Under the pieces are notes generated by a model, which saw only the letters and a list, made by a program, of their open reading frames with translations, searched no databases and had not been told where the DNA came from. The position numbers and the translations under genes were made by a program. Below are positions 26,950 to 38,190 of a stretch of 64,000 bases of DNA, piece by piece (within the stretch, counting starts at the first letter, position 1; each line of letters opens with the position of its first letter). Source of the stretch: Haliotis rufescens (lineage: Eukaryota); assembly GCF_023055435.1 (NCBI RefSeq), contig NW_025963890.1:44330001-44394000 (forward strand). Reading direction: 5' to 3'.

Positions 26950-29900
26950 CAGGCACTGAAATCATGTAGCACTGCAACTTCGTTAAGTAATATGAGGTGG
27001 ACACCTCTAAAGTAAACTGTGCACGCCTCGCAAAGTTCTCCTTCTACACAGCACGTCACTATTATGACATTGGAATTGGTATTATTACGCTCATTGGAAA
27101 GCCAAAGATGACGGTACGGTCGTATATAGATAAGCGCCAAATAGCAAGCTCTCCATTGTCCTCAAAACATGAAATACATTCTCTTTGTAGATATTTATTA
27201 TATTTTCTGATCGAAAGGTATTCCAACTCATCCTTTGAATATTGTAGTAGCCGCAATTTTGCATATTGTAGCCATTAACTGTACACATAATTATTTAAAT
27301 ATGCCTACCGATAATGACTGTAAAAGAAGTACTATTCTAAAAATATTAGCCCCCACGGTGATGCGGCCGTCGTATCGGCTGCTTCAATCAGAGGGGGTTA
27401 TTGTGATTTGCAACCTCTGATTGACCTATCAAAATCGAGTATTTTCCAAATCGATGGTAGAATATTCTTTAAAAGAATATAAAAGTATGTTTAACTTATC
27501 TTTTGTTATATCCCTTCTACTTTCCTCCTTTACGTCATGTAATAATAGACTGCCGATTTAGATTAAGGTATCAATTAATAAAGCCTTTCCACACGCGCGT
27601 GTCATGTGATGCCTTTTTTCACAGAAATGATCTATTTTCACGTGAATGTTTAACGTCATATATTGTCCACGAGGGTGATATCAGAGATGTATGTTTCCTC
27701 AAGCGGATGGATATCGACGTTCATTTTTCTCTAGCGAGTATCATTTAATGTTTTCTTCCACTTGCGTGTATCATGTGATATGTCTTCCGAACGCGTCTAC
27801 ATTTGAAGTATTTTCAACGTGCATATATATGTCAAGACGTATTCGTGTGATGAATTCTCAACATGCACGTATCAGATAATTCACTGTTCAATTGGTTCAT
27901 CATAATCTACATACTAATTAATTGTGATGTGTTGTGCGTGGTCGCTAGAAACATGACAGGACAAGTTAATGATAAATGTTGTGTAGTTCATGTTCGACAT
28001 AGCGCTTTAGAAGTTGTGATGAATTTATACGAAACTCAACGAGTTTTTAAAGAATTGACATTCGCGCTGCGAATGCTGAACAAACAACAAAGATAACACA
28101 TTCCTCTCTGCTGTGATTTAAAGACCATTTTTCTGAACCATATTATTAATGGAATTTACTATCATCAGGACATGAAGAATTTTTAAGTACATTTTTCAAA
28201 ATCAAATATCCTCATCAAAGAGTTTGAAGAACAAAGTAAACGAAGATGACAGGTAGCACACAAAGGCATTTGGGTATTGATATGTATGTAATAGGACGAA
28301 GAAATCAGTCTGGTATTTCCCAGATTGGCTTAGACGTCTTTTGAAAACAAATCTTTGTGCTGGTCAGGTCCAGTAGAGATTCATCACCGAAGAAGACTGG
28401 AAAAATATATGTATCGCCACACCACTGTTAGGCTTAAATCAATTTACAACGTGCCAGTCTGGCGATTAATTGATTACCACATCTTGTTGGAGAACTGATC
28501 TCTCTTAGATGCAGAACCATCAAAACATTGCTACATTTAACTTGGCTAATGGAAAGCTTTGTTCTTCAAACCAACCAACTTCTATACAGAATGTTTGACC
28601 ATTCGTCGATGGTAATGTCAGATATTTCGTCCACAAAGTCAGAAGTCTCACCTCGATAAACCTTTAATAGATGGCTGAAAAACGTTGAGACAAGAGTCAA
28701 AAAGATGTGTTCAAGGAGAACAAATTGGCAGAGTTAATGTGATGGATCAAGCAGTGTAGTTGTATGGAAACACGACAGTGTAATCATTTTTACGCTTTTA
28801 CGAATGCAATTGTCAAACAGTTTGTGATACAACTGCAAACACTTTGGCCATCAACCTTTCAACAAGAGAAGAAAGATTCTATTTTCGTGAGTTTAATTCT
28901 GGCATTTTATTTTTCTCAGAGATAAAAACTTCGACATTTCACTTTAGGAAGAAAATTACAGACCAGCGGATTAGATGGCAACAGTTAAAACTGCCATCAA
29001 AGATGTCGAATGTCATGACGTTTATACACAGTGATCTTCGGGGCGGCAAAGCAGCCAATTTCAGCATGATTACTATAAATAAAAGAAACATTGCAAGAAA
29101 GTATCTTTTTTCAAGTGTGCGTATTTCCAGACACGTGGAACAGATTATGGAAGTTATCAAGTTTAATATCTTTTAATATCAGGCAATGATTTTGGAGATT
29201 CGACAGTAAATAGACATCTTGTTCTAGTGGGTCAGCATATACCTCAGTGCTGCAGGTATTTTATAAGTTTACTTGACGAACCCTCCTAAGTCTGCATGCA
29301 TGAGGTTTCAGTATTGGACTTTGACAGTGTGTCACATTGAGATAGGATCAACGGGCTGTTTCTAATCAACAGAGATGAAATCTCTCGTGGGTTCTGTGGG
29401 GTTGATTGACAACACTTAATAAGTAATGAATATATGTTCACCCACTTGGTGAAATAGTACCTTTCAGATGCCAATAATATAACCAATAATAGAATGTGTA
29501 TAATTGATCAGATCACCTTTGAGCTGAACACCTCCGACGTATTGTATATATCCTGAATGGCAAGCGGACGGAGCAAACAATCTACTCTGTACAGCCTTAT
29601 AAATTAGTTATTACCAAATCAAGCAAATCAAACTCGTATCTTGCAAATGTACAATTCATGTACAAGGCTCATCAAGAACATTACACTTATATCGAAGCGA
29701 CTGTGAATAAATTAAACAAACGTTTTATTTATGAGAAACGTACGTGCGGATGTCAATGGCGAATAGTCAGACAAGTAACACTTTGTAGCCGAGCGACTTC
29801 CAATTCAGCTGGGTACATTCCATACCAAACAATGCACATTTGACGAACTTCAGTGAAACTTCGGAAGTCCTAACTTCTGACGATTTATCCTTGGCTCATC

Positions 29901-32900
29901 TACGTATACAAAGAAAGGCCACTCTACATCAATGAATTGGTAATCCAGAAATTGGTTAATCAGGAAACGGAATGTCAATGTGAACGGGATCTGCCCCGAG
30001 AGAGAGAGGGGGACATTTGGGACTAACATTCCGTCGGTGTGTTATCCAGGTGTTTCAGACGTTCACAGAACGTAAATGTAGCCAAGTAATTGATTCCGCG
30101 CTACGAAATTACCTGAATGTGTAATCACCCTTCTCAGCTATACCCTCGTTCACAAGAAGCATGCGATTATGAGACTCCAAATATCTTTGAAGTCTCCATC
30201 ACAGTAACTCCATGATAATGGCTCCCATTCTTTCAGAAGTTAATAAGGTCCGATGAGACAGATTATGTCTTACATACAAAATTTACAAATATCATTCCAT
30301 GTCAATAAGTGACTTAGATTATGTGATGCTTTTCAACTGTGGCAGCAAGTTCGTGATTTACGTGAATCAGTAGTATCATCGTCATTTATGACAGTAGAGG
30401 GAACCATTTATGTCTCGATGAATCAACGCCCAAAGGAACCATGAGAAATAGATTTAATACTGGAAGTTGGAGTGGAATAAGTATGAGGTATATGTATATT
30501 TCCTCTGTAATTGTAGAGTATAAAATGTGTCAATTGCAGCAGTTATAGTCCACATTTCTGACTGATGGCATCTAGAGAAACGGAACAACCTGCCAGTACA
30601 TGAGTAATATATCTCTCCTCTCAGATTGACAAGGATTGTGTTGGTGATGGAGAGCACTATCACTTAATATCGAAATCTGATGGGAATCAACAACTTCCTG
30701 GGACGGACATGACACCAATTGTATTCGTAAGACATAATGGTTACTTCTAGTTTGTCTCTTGAGGAAAATGGAACATGTGTGATGCATTTGTATTGATTTA
30801 CAAATTCGACATTTGCTTCAGTTAAAGCTTCAAGGAGTTACAGAACAAGCTTCGTAGAAACCGAGTATATGTCAACAGTAAATCATGACAATTTCCGAGT
30901 GGGTTATTGTGTGACCCTCATGTGGATCAGGATAATAAACAACTTATATGAGCTAGTCGTTCACAAATGAATTACGTGAATCAAGATGACAAACAATTGT
31001 CATAAGCTTAACGTTCCTCATTCACGCATCAGTTACGACAAAATTGACTTGTACCAAATGTTCCCATTTTTCTCAGTGAACAGTTGACTTGCCTTTGCAT
31101 GGGTGTCACTAGTGGGGCGGGATACCTTCAACCTTTTGCCGAGCACCTGGTGTCATCATTTCATAGTGAGTTATAAACGTATGCTCAGGATACAGTCAGG
31201 ATCACATAATAGTCGCTGCTTTTAGAAGAGATTTATTGTGGCTATGGAAAGTGTTTGTCGCTTTTATTTCAGTAAATTAGATGAAGCGTCTAAATAACCA
31301 ATGGGTAATTGTTGTCTTTAAATCAGAGGAAAAGTAGTGATCCCTTTCCTACAAACCAATAAGATTATGCTCCTGATTCCGATTAACGGCTGAAGAAGGT
31401 AAATCCTTCTGTCGTCATCGGAGCAGTGGGCACCTGAAAACCAAAAGCACAGGGCATGCAGAGCCACATGTACGTGGACACTCAGTAAATATAATTCCTG
31501 CTATAACATGTCTTCACTCGGTACTCAGGTTCCAGACACGACTGGCTACCCTTCAACTTATTGACCAAAACAGCTGTGGCAGTATAACGTAAAGCGATCC
31601 ATACAACTAGCTCCTCTTCATCTCACCATGCATTGTTATGTACAGTGCTATCCATTGCATGATTCCATACTGGTTTTAAATCTTTTTCTGTGATACGTCT
31701 AGTTATTTTACTGTCCTTCGTTGGCAGGATTTTTTATAAGTCTCAATGCTTTTTTAATGTTTAACCCTTGATAGTCACGATATGGCTACAATATTGACGA
31801 TGTGACTTAAAATTTGAACTCATTTACTCACTGATCTCAACATGCAGTATTGTATTTGTTCGACGTGGCATATTTCGAATTATATTGCATGTTTCCTGTG
31901 AACTTAGTTTTGAATAGAAGTGAAATCAGCTGCTGGAAGCCAATGAGGTACACATGCGTCAGGTCGTATGTGCTTGTACTAAAACCTAAACTATATCACT
32001 CAATACATCTGATTAATATACATTTACATAGCATCATAATCCTTCCAGCATTACATTTTAAATGTACACTAGGAATATCATACCAGGGCAGATATTTTGA
32101 CATAAACTATGATCCCCACAGTCTCATAATGAGTTTGTTTGGGCAGATGTATTTGGGACAGTCAGCATGGTCCAGCCAGTCTATTCGGGTTCCTGTTATT
32201 CCTGTTATTCGTAGACTATCAGAGGTGTGGTTCCTCGATTGGTGTGTCAAGTATCAAACGCCACTTCAACACCAGACATGACGATGCAGTTGACATCCTG
32301 ATCTCTGATTACACGACACCATCGCGTGGTTGCCTACATCAACAAAGTGCACTTCACAGCGTCATAAAAACCTTCGGTCAATAAAAAAGCAACACTTCCT
32401 TCCCAGCAGGAACCTCCACATAAGGCGACTTCCCATATATTCATCAGCCATTACCATTATATTCTCTGAAGAGGTCGTCCACAAGTTGGATCTATAGGAG
32501 CTTGTGTGACCTTCGGAATTCTTTTCCGTCACCTTGTGTTTGATGGCTTACGTAAAACCGTCATGATTTGCATGTTTGCTTTAAATGTTTGCATTACTGT
32601 AAACCAAGAAATGTTGTGGAACTTCTGTTTCTCTTCTCTAAAGCATGCTGGTACCATCAGTCGGAACCACACATCATGTGGATGTCCCGCTCAACATCGT
32701 CCTGGCAGTTATTGTGTAACATTTGTCATCTTCAAGACAACTGACGGACATGCAAGCTACTGTGGGCATCTGGTGTTCTGCTGCGACACTGACACACGAT
32801 CTTACAACCATTAACGACAGTTGCAGTTCACTTATATAAACCTTGAAGCTGTTTAACCCACTGGATGTGATCCACTGACCCCACAATGCTGCTGAAGTGA

Positions 32901-33470
32901 CGAACGATCTGACAAAGTAGCATATCTGTCAGAGATCAACAAAACGATCAATCTACAATCTTCCCGACAGACACCAAGGTGGGAAGCATCTGTGTGACAC
33001 GTAGTTATTTGGTTGGACATATTTGTTTACACAGCCGATTGGGTGTGGGGAATGAGTATTTGTGATCAATTGGTACATATTAATTTTGTATGCCCATCCA
33101 GAATCCCTGAAAATGTGGTCCTCTTAACTAACCTTAATTTGATCTGCGGCCATAGATGCAAACCAACCCATCCTTAAGAAACGATTTATATATTTGAATT
33201 ATTAATGACTCGATTAATCCGGATCCTCTACAAACGTTTATTCAGGTATTTGGGATTTTTGTAGAAAAAAGGATATTTTCGGTTTACTGTGTCTAGATAA
33301 ACATAATTTCTCTGGAAGAAGCAGCTGAACAACTTTAATATTTTCAGTTTGTGTATACTTTATGATTGAATTTAAGGACACGGTTCATGTGGTTGTATGT
33401 TTGTATCTTCACTTCGAAAAAAGTGATACAGTGTTTTAACAGCATATTTACTCTCCGAAACACACATTCA
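26950..33470 (+). pseudogene. Ankyrin-repeat pseudogene copy C
   Basis: Very close paralog of copy B (offset 7678 bp at 21166 versus 28844). Extra ankyrin-like words NVRADVNGE, LIRKRNVNVNG and QEACDYETPNIFEV at 29.7-30.2 kb. Confidence 0.55.
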
Positions 33471-33608
33471 TGTCAGAAGGTGGGACCACGATGCCGTGCC
33501 ACGGCCTATGGCCGCTCCACAAGCATTTGGGATGTGAACTTTTTTCATCTTGATGCATTTGCAATCATGTGATGTATTTTCCACTCGCGTAAATTAATAA
33601 ATTCATAA

Positions 33609-33866
33609 GACCGTGAAGATCCGGGGTAGAATAGGTCTTCAGCAACCCATGCTTGCCATAAAAAGCGACTATGCTTGTCGTAAGAGACGACTAACGGGAT
33701 CGGGTGGTCAGGTTTGCTGACTTGGTTGGAGCATGACATCGATCCCAGTTGCATTGATCGATGCTCATGATATCAATCACTGGATTGTCTGGTCCAGACT
33801 CGATTATTTACAGCCGTCAAATAGCTGGGATATTGCTGAGTGCGGTGTTAAACAACAAACAAACAA
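33609..33866 (+). mobile_element. SINE-like family 4 (non-tRNA structured head), most complete copy
   Basis: Head GACCGTGAAGATCCGGGGTAGAATAGGTCTTCAGCAACCCATGCTTG..GTCGTAAGAGACGACTAACGGGATC; tail GGAATATTGCTGAGTGCGGCGTTAAAC-(AAAC)n type. Flanked by AATAAATTC repeats. Confidence 0.85.
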
Positions 33867-34034
33867 AAATAAATTCTTCTCTTTCCAAATGTAATGTGAT
33901 GGGTTTTTTCACAGATGTTTTCATATAAAGCATTCTCAACATGGGTGTATCAGATAATATAATGTGCATATGTGGTATCGTACACCCAAAATGTTACTGC
34001 ATCTTGGGTGAAGAAGAATTTGGCAGAGATTTCT

Positions 34035-34635
34035 TTTGAATGTGAAAAGGGTTTTGTCGCTTCTGTTATCAACGTCGTCAGTTTGGGGGTGGAAGTGTAC
34101 TAGTATGGATGGCATCACAACTCATGGGGAAATACAATCCATCATTGGTAATGGAAATTTGAATGGAGTAGCTACCGGGACGTCATCGATCAAGATCAGG
34201 TTCTACCCTTTATGCAAACTCAGGGACGTAACGTATAAAGGTGCTACAGGATAATGCCCGCCCACATGTTACACGTGCTTTATACTGCCATGGCCTGCTG
34301 TTTCTCCAGACCTCCCCCTACAGAACATGTCAGAGATTAGATGGTACGACGCATACGACAGGACCAGAACCAGCGTGTAAAGCTAGCTCAGTTGGCCCTT
34401 CCTTTGATTGACATTTGGAACAACATCTCCCGGGCTGTTTTCAATCATCTGCTGCCTCCACTATATCAACGCAAATGGTGGTCGAATCCGATGTTGACAT
34501 TTTTACACCACCACTGTTTCGGAGCGTGTGTCTCCGTTTCCTGTTACCATGTATAGGTTTTGTCAATGCAATTGTTATAATAAAAGTCAACATAGATGAG
34601 ACGAATGACATATTGTGTTGTTATTTTCAATATTA
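34035..34635 (+). mobile_element. Degenerate Tc1-family DDE transposase remnant
   Basis: Frameshifted QRRQFGGGSVLVW, GITTHG..IIGNGNLNG, QDNARPHV, LPWPAVSPDL, EHV..MVRRIR and LIDIWNNI, i.e. canonical Tc1 catalytic-domain motifs. End coordinate approximate. Confidence 0.85.
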
Positions 34636-35442
34636 CACTTGCACCACTTATATGATGAAGGAGCTACATTTTCCTCCAGCATGCATGCGAAATTATTGTG
34701 ATATGTTGTGAGTGATAGGTGACAGGGCAAGTTAATGATGAATGATGTGTGGTTCATGTTCGATATAGGCGCATTAAGTTATGACACTTCAGAAGTTACA
34801 TGTGGGGTCGAATGCTAAACAAACATCAAAGACAACGCACCACTCTCTATGCAGCTTATATACATTTTCCTAAATTATTGATGGAATTTATTATCGGTTA
34901 GACAAGAAAATCTCGTCAGTCGATTCTTAAAAAAAACAACATCCTTATCAAAGAGTTTGAAGACAAAAGTAAACGAGGATGACAGACAACATAGAAGCCC
35001 TTTGAGTATTGATATGTATGTAATAGAACGAAGAAATCAGTCTCGTATTCCCCAGATTAGTTTAATTTCTTTAGAAAACTAATCTTTGTGCTGGTCATGG
35101 CCAGTAGAGATTCATCACCAAAGAAGACTGGAAAAATATGAAGCGCCACACCACTGTTAGGCATCAATCATTTTTACAACGTGCCAGTCAGGCGAGTAAT
35201 TGATTACCACGTCTCGTTGAATATATCATCTCTCTCAGATGCAGAACCATTAAAATAATCCTACATTACAATAGACTAATGGAAGGCTTTGTTGTTCAAA
35301 CAAACCAATTTCTATAAAGACTGTTTGACCATTTGCGGGGGAATCGTCATGACCTTCGCTGATGGTCATGTCAGCTGTTTCGTCCACCGTGTCTGAAGCC
35401 TCACATGGATGAACCTAAAATAGATAACTGAAAGACAAGAGT

Positions 35443-35727
35443 GAGTGAGTGGGTGAGTGAGTTGGGTTTTACGCCGCTTTTAACCGTATTCCAGTTATAT
35501 CGCGGCGTGTCAGCTTAATGTGGAAGGAAAGCCCGAAGTGATGCAGGTCCCAGACGTTTACCACTTCGGTGAAACCAACGAGCACGGGTATGGTGCTGAC
35601 AAACCTAGAAACATAATCGGGGCGAACCGGGATTCGAACCCACAGTCATAGGTTTCTGGCGTGCCCAAGGGCCGCAACACTGCACAGCGAATCGCGGTGC
35701 CTTAGACGACTGGGCCACCCGTGCCCC
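35443..35727 (-). mobile_element. SINE family 2 inserted in pseudogene copy D
   Basis: 15-bp TSD CTGAAAGACAAGAGT at 35428-35442 and 35728-35742; absent from copies B and C. Confidence 0.9.
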
Positions 35728-37394
35728 CTGAAAGACAAGAGTCTTTGGGACAAGAGTCAAGAAGATGTGTTCAAGAGACAGGAATAACGCCGGGTTTGAG
35801 GCAATTCAGTTGTATGGAAACCACAACGTGTGTCTGCATTAACGACTGTATCTCTCGGACAGATTGCAATACAACTGCAAACACTTTGACCATCAACCTT
35901 TCAGTAAGAGGACGATTCTATTTTCGTGAATTTAATAATGTCATTTTATTTTTCCCAGTGACAAACATTTTTGACATCTCACTTTGGAAAGATAATTACA
36001 GACCGGGGAATTACATGACAACAGTTAAAACTGTCATCAAGATGTCAATTGTGTTGACGTTTATAGACAGGGGTCTTCGGGGCGGCGAAACTGGCAATCT
36101 CAGCATGATTACTGGAAATAAAATAAACTTTTGGGGAAAGTATCTTTTTTTAAGTGTGCATATTTCCGGATGTCTGGAACAGATAACGGAAATAATAAAG
36201 TTTAATTTCATTCAATATCACACATGATTTTGCAGATGCGACGGTAAATAGACTTCTTTCACATCAAGCAGTGGTACTGGTGATATAGGAATTCAACATG
36301 TAACATGTTTTCCCACAAAACAACTTTCTGTCAACTTGGTTAAGATTCAAATATTGTTCAACAAGAACCTATCGAAGTATAAGGTCGACATGCATGACGT
36401 TTTCAGTGTAGAACTTTGACAGTGTGGCACATGAAAAAAGGATCATCGTGCTGCTTCTAATCAACAAGGATGAGATCCTGTTGACAGGAGTCCGAGTATA
36501 GAGATCATATAGCAACATTACCGCCCCATCCCGGACCCCGCCCCATCTCTCGTATCACCAGCTATGTCGTCCATGTCAGGCTGTTGGCATCGCCAGTGTG
36601 TATGGTTCTGTGGGGTTGATTGACATCTTCGCTTAAAAAGGGATGCATACATGTTCACCCATTTGATGAAATAGTACCTTTCAGATGTCAAGAATATAAC
36701 CAATATTAGAATGCATGATAAGATCAGATCAACTCTGTATGTGTCCTGAATAGCACGCGGACGGACCACACAATCTAAAATGTACAGCCTGATAAAGCAG
36801 TTATTAGCAAATCTTAATACATAGTCGGTTAATATCTCTAATATTACAGATGCATGTACTTTATAAGGCCCTTTAGACATGTATCTGTCCTGAATAACAT
36901 GCGCAACACCACACAATCTCCATGGTGCAGCCTTATAAATAAGATCATAGTTTCAGCTAAGTTGCAAATTACAACTCATGTTTAAGCCTTATATGGCAAA
37001 ATTACAGTTCTATCAAATCGACTGTAAATAATCTGAACAAACGTGTTTTTATGAGCAACGATGGGCGTGATAAGGTCAATGGCGAACAGTCAGCCAAGTA
37101 ACCACTTGATCTCCAGATACCTGTATAATCATAATGCGGAACTGGTTGATTTCAGCGAAACCTCGTTAGTCCTGAAACCTTTCGTTTACGAACGATTCAT
37201 GGTTAATTCGTCTGCAACTATGCAAAGAGCTTCAATACAAATGGTTCGTTTATCCAAAAATTGATAAATCTAGAGATGCAGCTATTTCAGTTAAGAATTG
37301 TTTGATTCAGTCAATAAATTCCTCGCTTGGGAATTATCAAAATGTGTATTCACCCATTGATATAAATTATCCTTCACGACACTCGGGAAATATC

Positions 37395-38190
37395 ATCAGT
37401 GGGATTATTGGTATAATCGATCTTCACAGCTGCGGAGGGAATCATTGGTATAATCGACCTTCACAGCTGCAGTGGGAACCCTTAGTATAGTCGATCTTCA
37501 CAGCTGCAGTGGGGACCCTTGGTATAATCGATCTTCACAGCTGCAGTGAGAAAGAACCCTTTGTATAATCGATCTTCACAGATGCAGTGGGGACCCTTTG
37601 TATAATCGATCTTCACAGATGCAGTGGGGACCCTTGGTATAATCGACCTTCACAGCTGCAGTGGGATTAAGTGGTATAATCGATCTTTACAGCTCCAGTG
37701 GAAATCATTGGTATAGTCGACCTTCACAGCTGCAGTGGGATTCAGTGGTATAATCGATCTTTACAGATGCAGTGGGAATCACTGGTATAGTCGACCTTCA
37801 CAGCTGCAGTGGGAATCATTGGTATAATCGATCTTCACAGCTGCAGTGAGAACCCTTTGTATAATCGATCTTCACAGATGCAGTGGGGACCCTTGGTATA
37901 ATCGACCTTCACAGCTGCAGTGGGATTAAGTGGTATAATCGATCTTTACAGCTCCAGTGGGAATCATTGGTATAGTCGACCTTCACAGCTGCAGTGGGAT
38001 TCAGTGGTATAATCGATCTTTACAGATGCAGTGGGAATCATTGGTATAGTCGACCTTCACAGCTGCAGTGGAAACCCTTGGTACAATCGATCTTTACAAC
38101 TGCAGTGGGAATCATTGGTATAATTATCTTCACGGCTGCGATGGGAATCATTGATATATTCATCCTTCACAACAGCAATGGGAATCACTT
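37395..38190 (+). repeat. 37-bp minisatellite, ~21 copies (further ~5 units at 39421-39620)
   Basis: Unit CAGTGGGAATCATTGGTATAATCGATCTTCACAGCTG; CTGCAGTG recurs at 37804 and 37841. Confidence 0.95.

Noticed and set aside
37395-38190. 37-bp repeat array as a CRISPR array
   Set aside because: The units are contiguous with no unique spacers, there are no cas genes and the context is eukaryotic.
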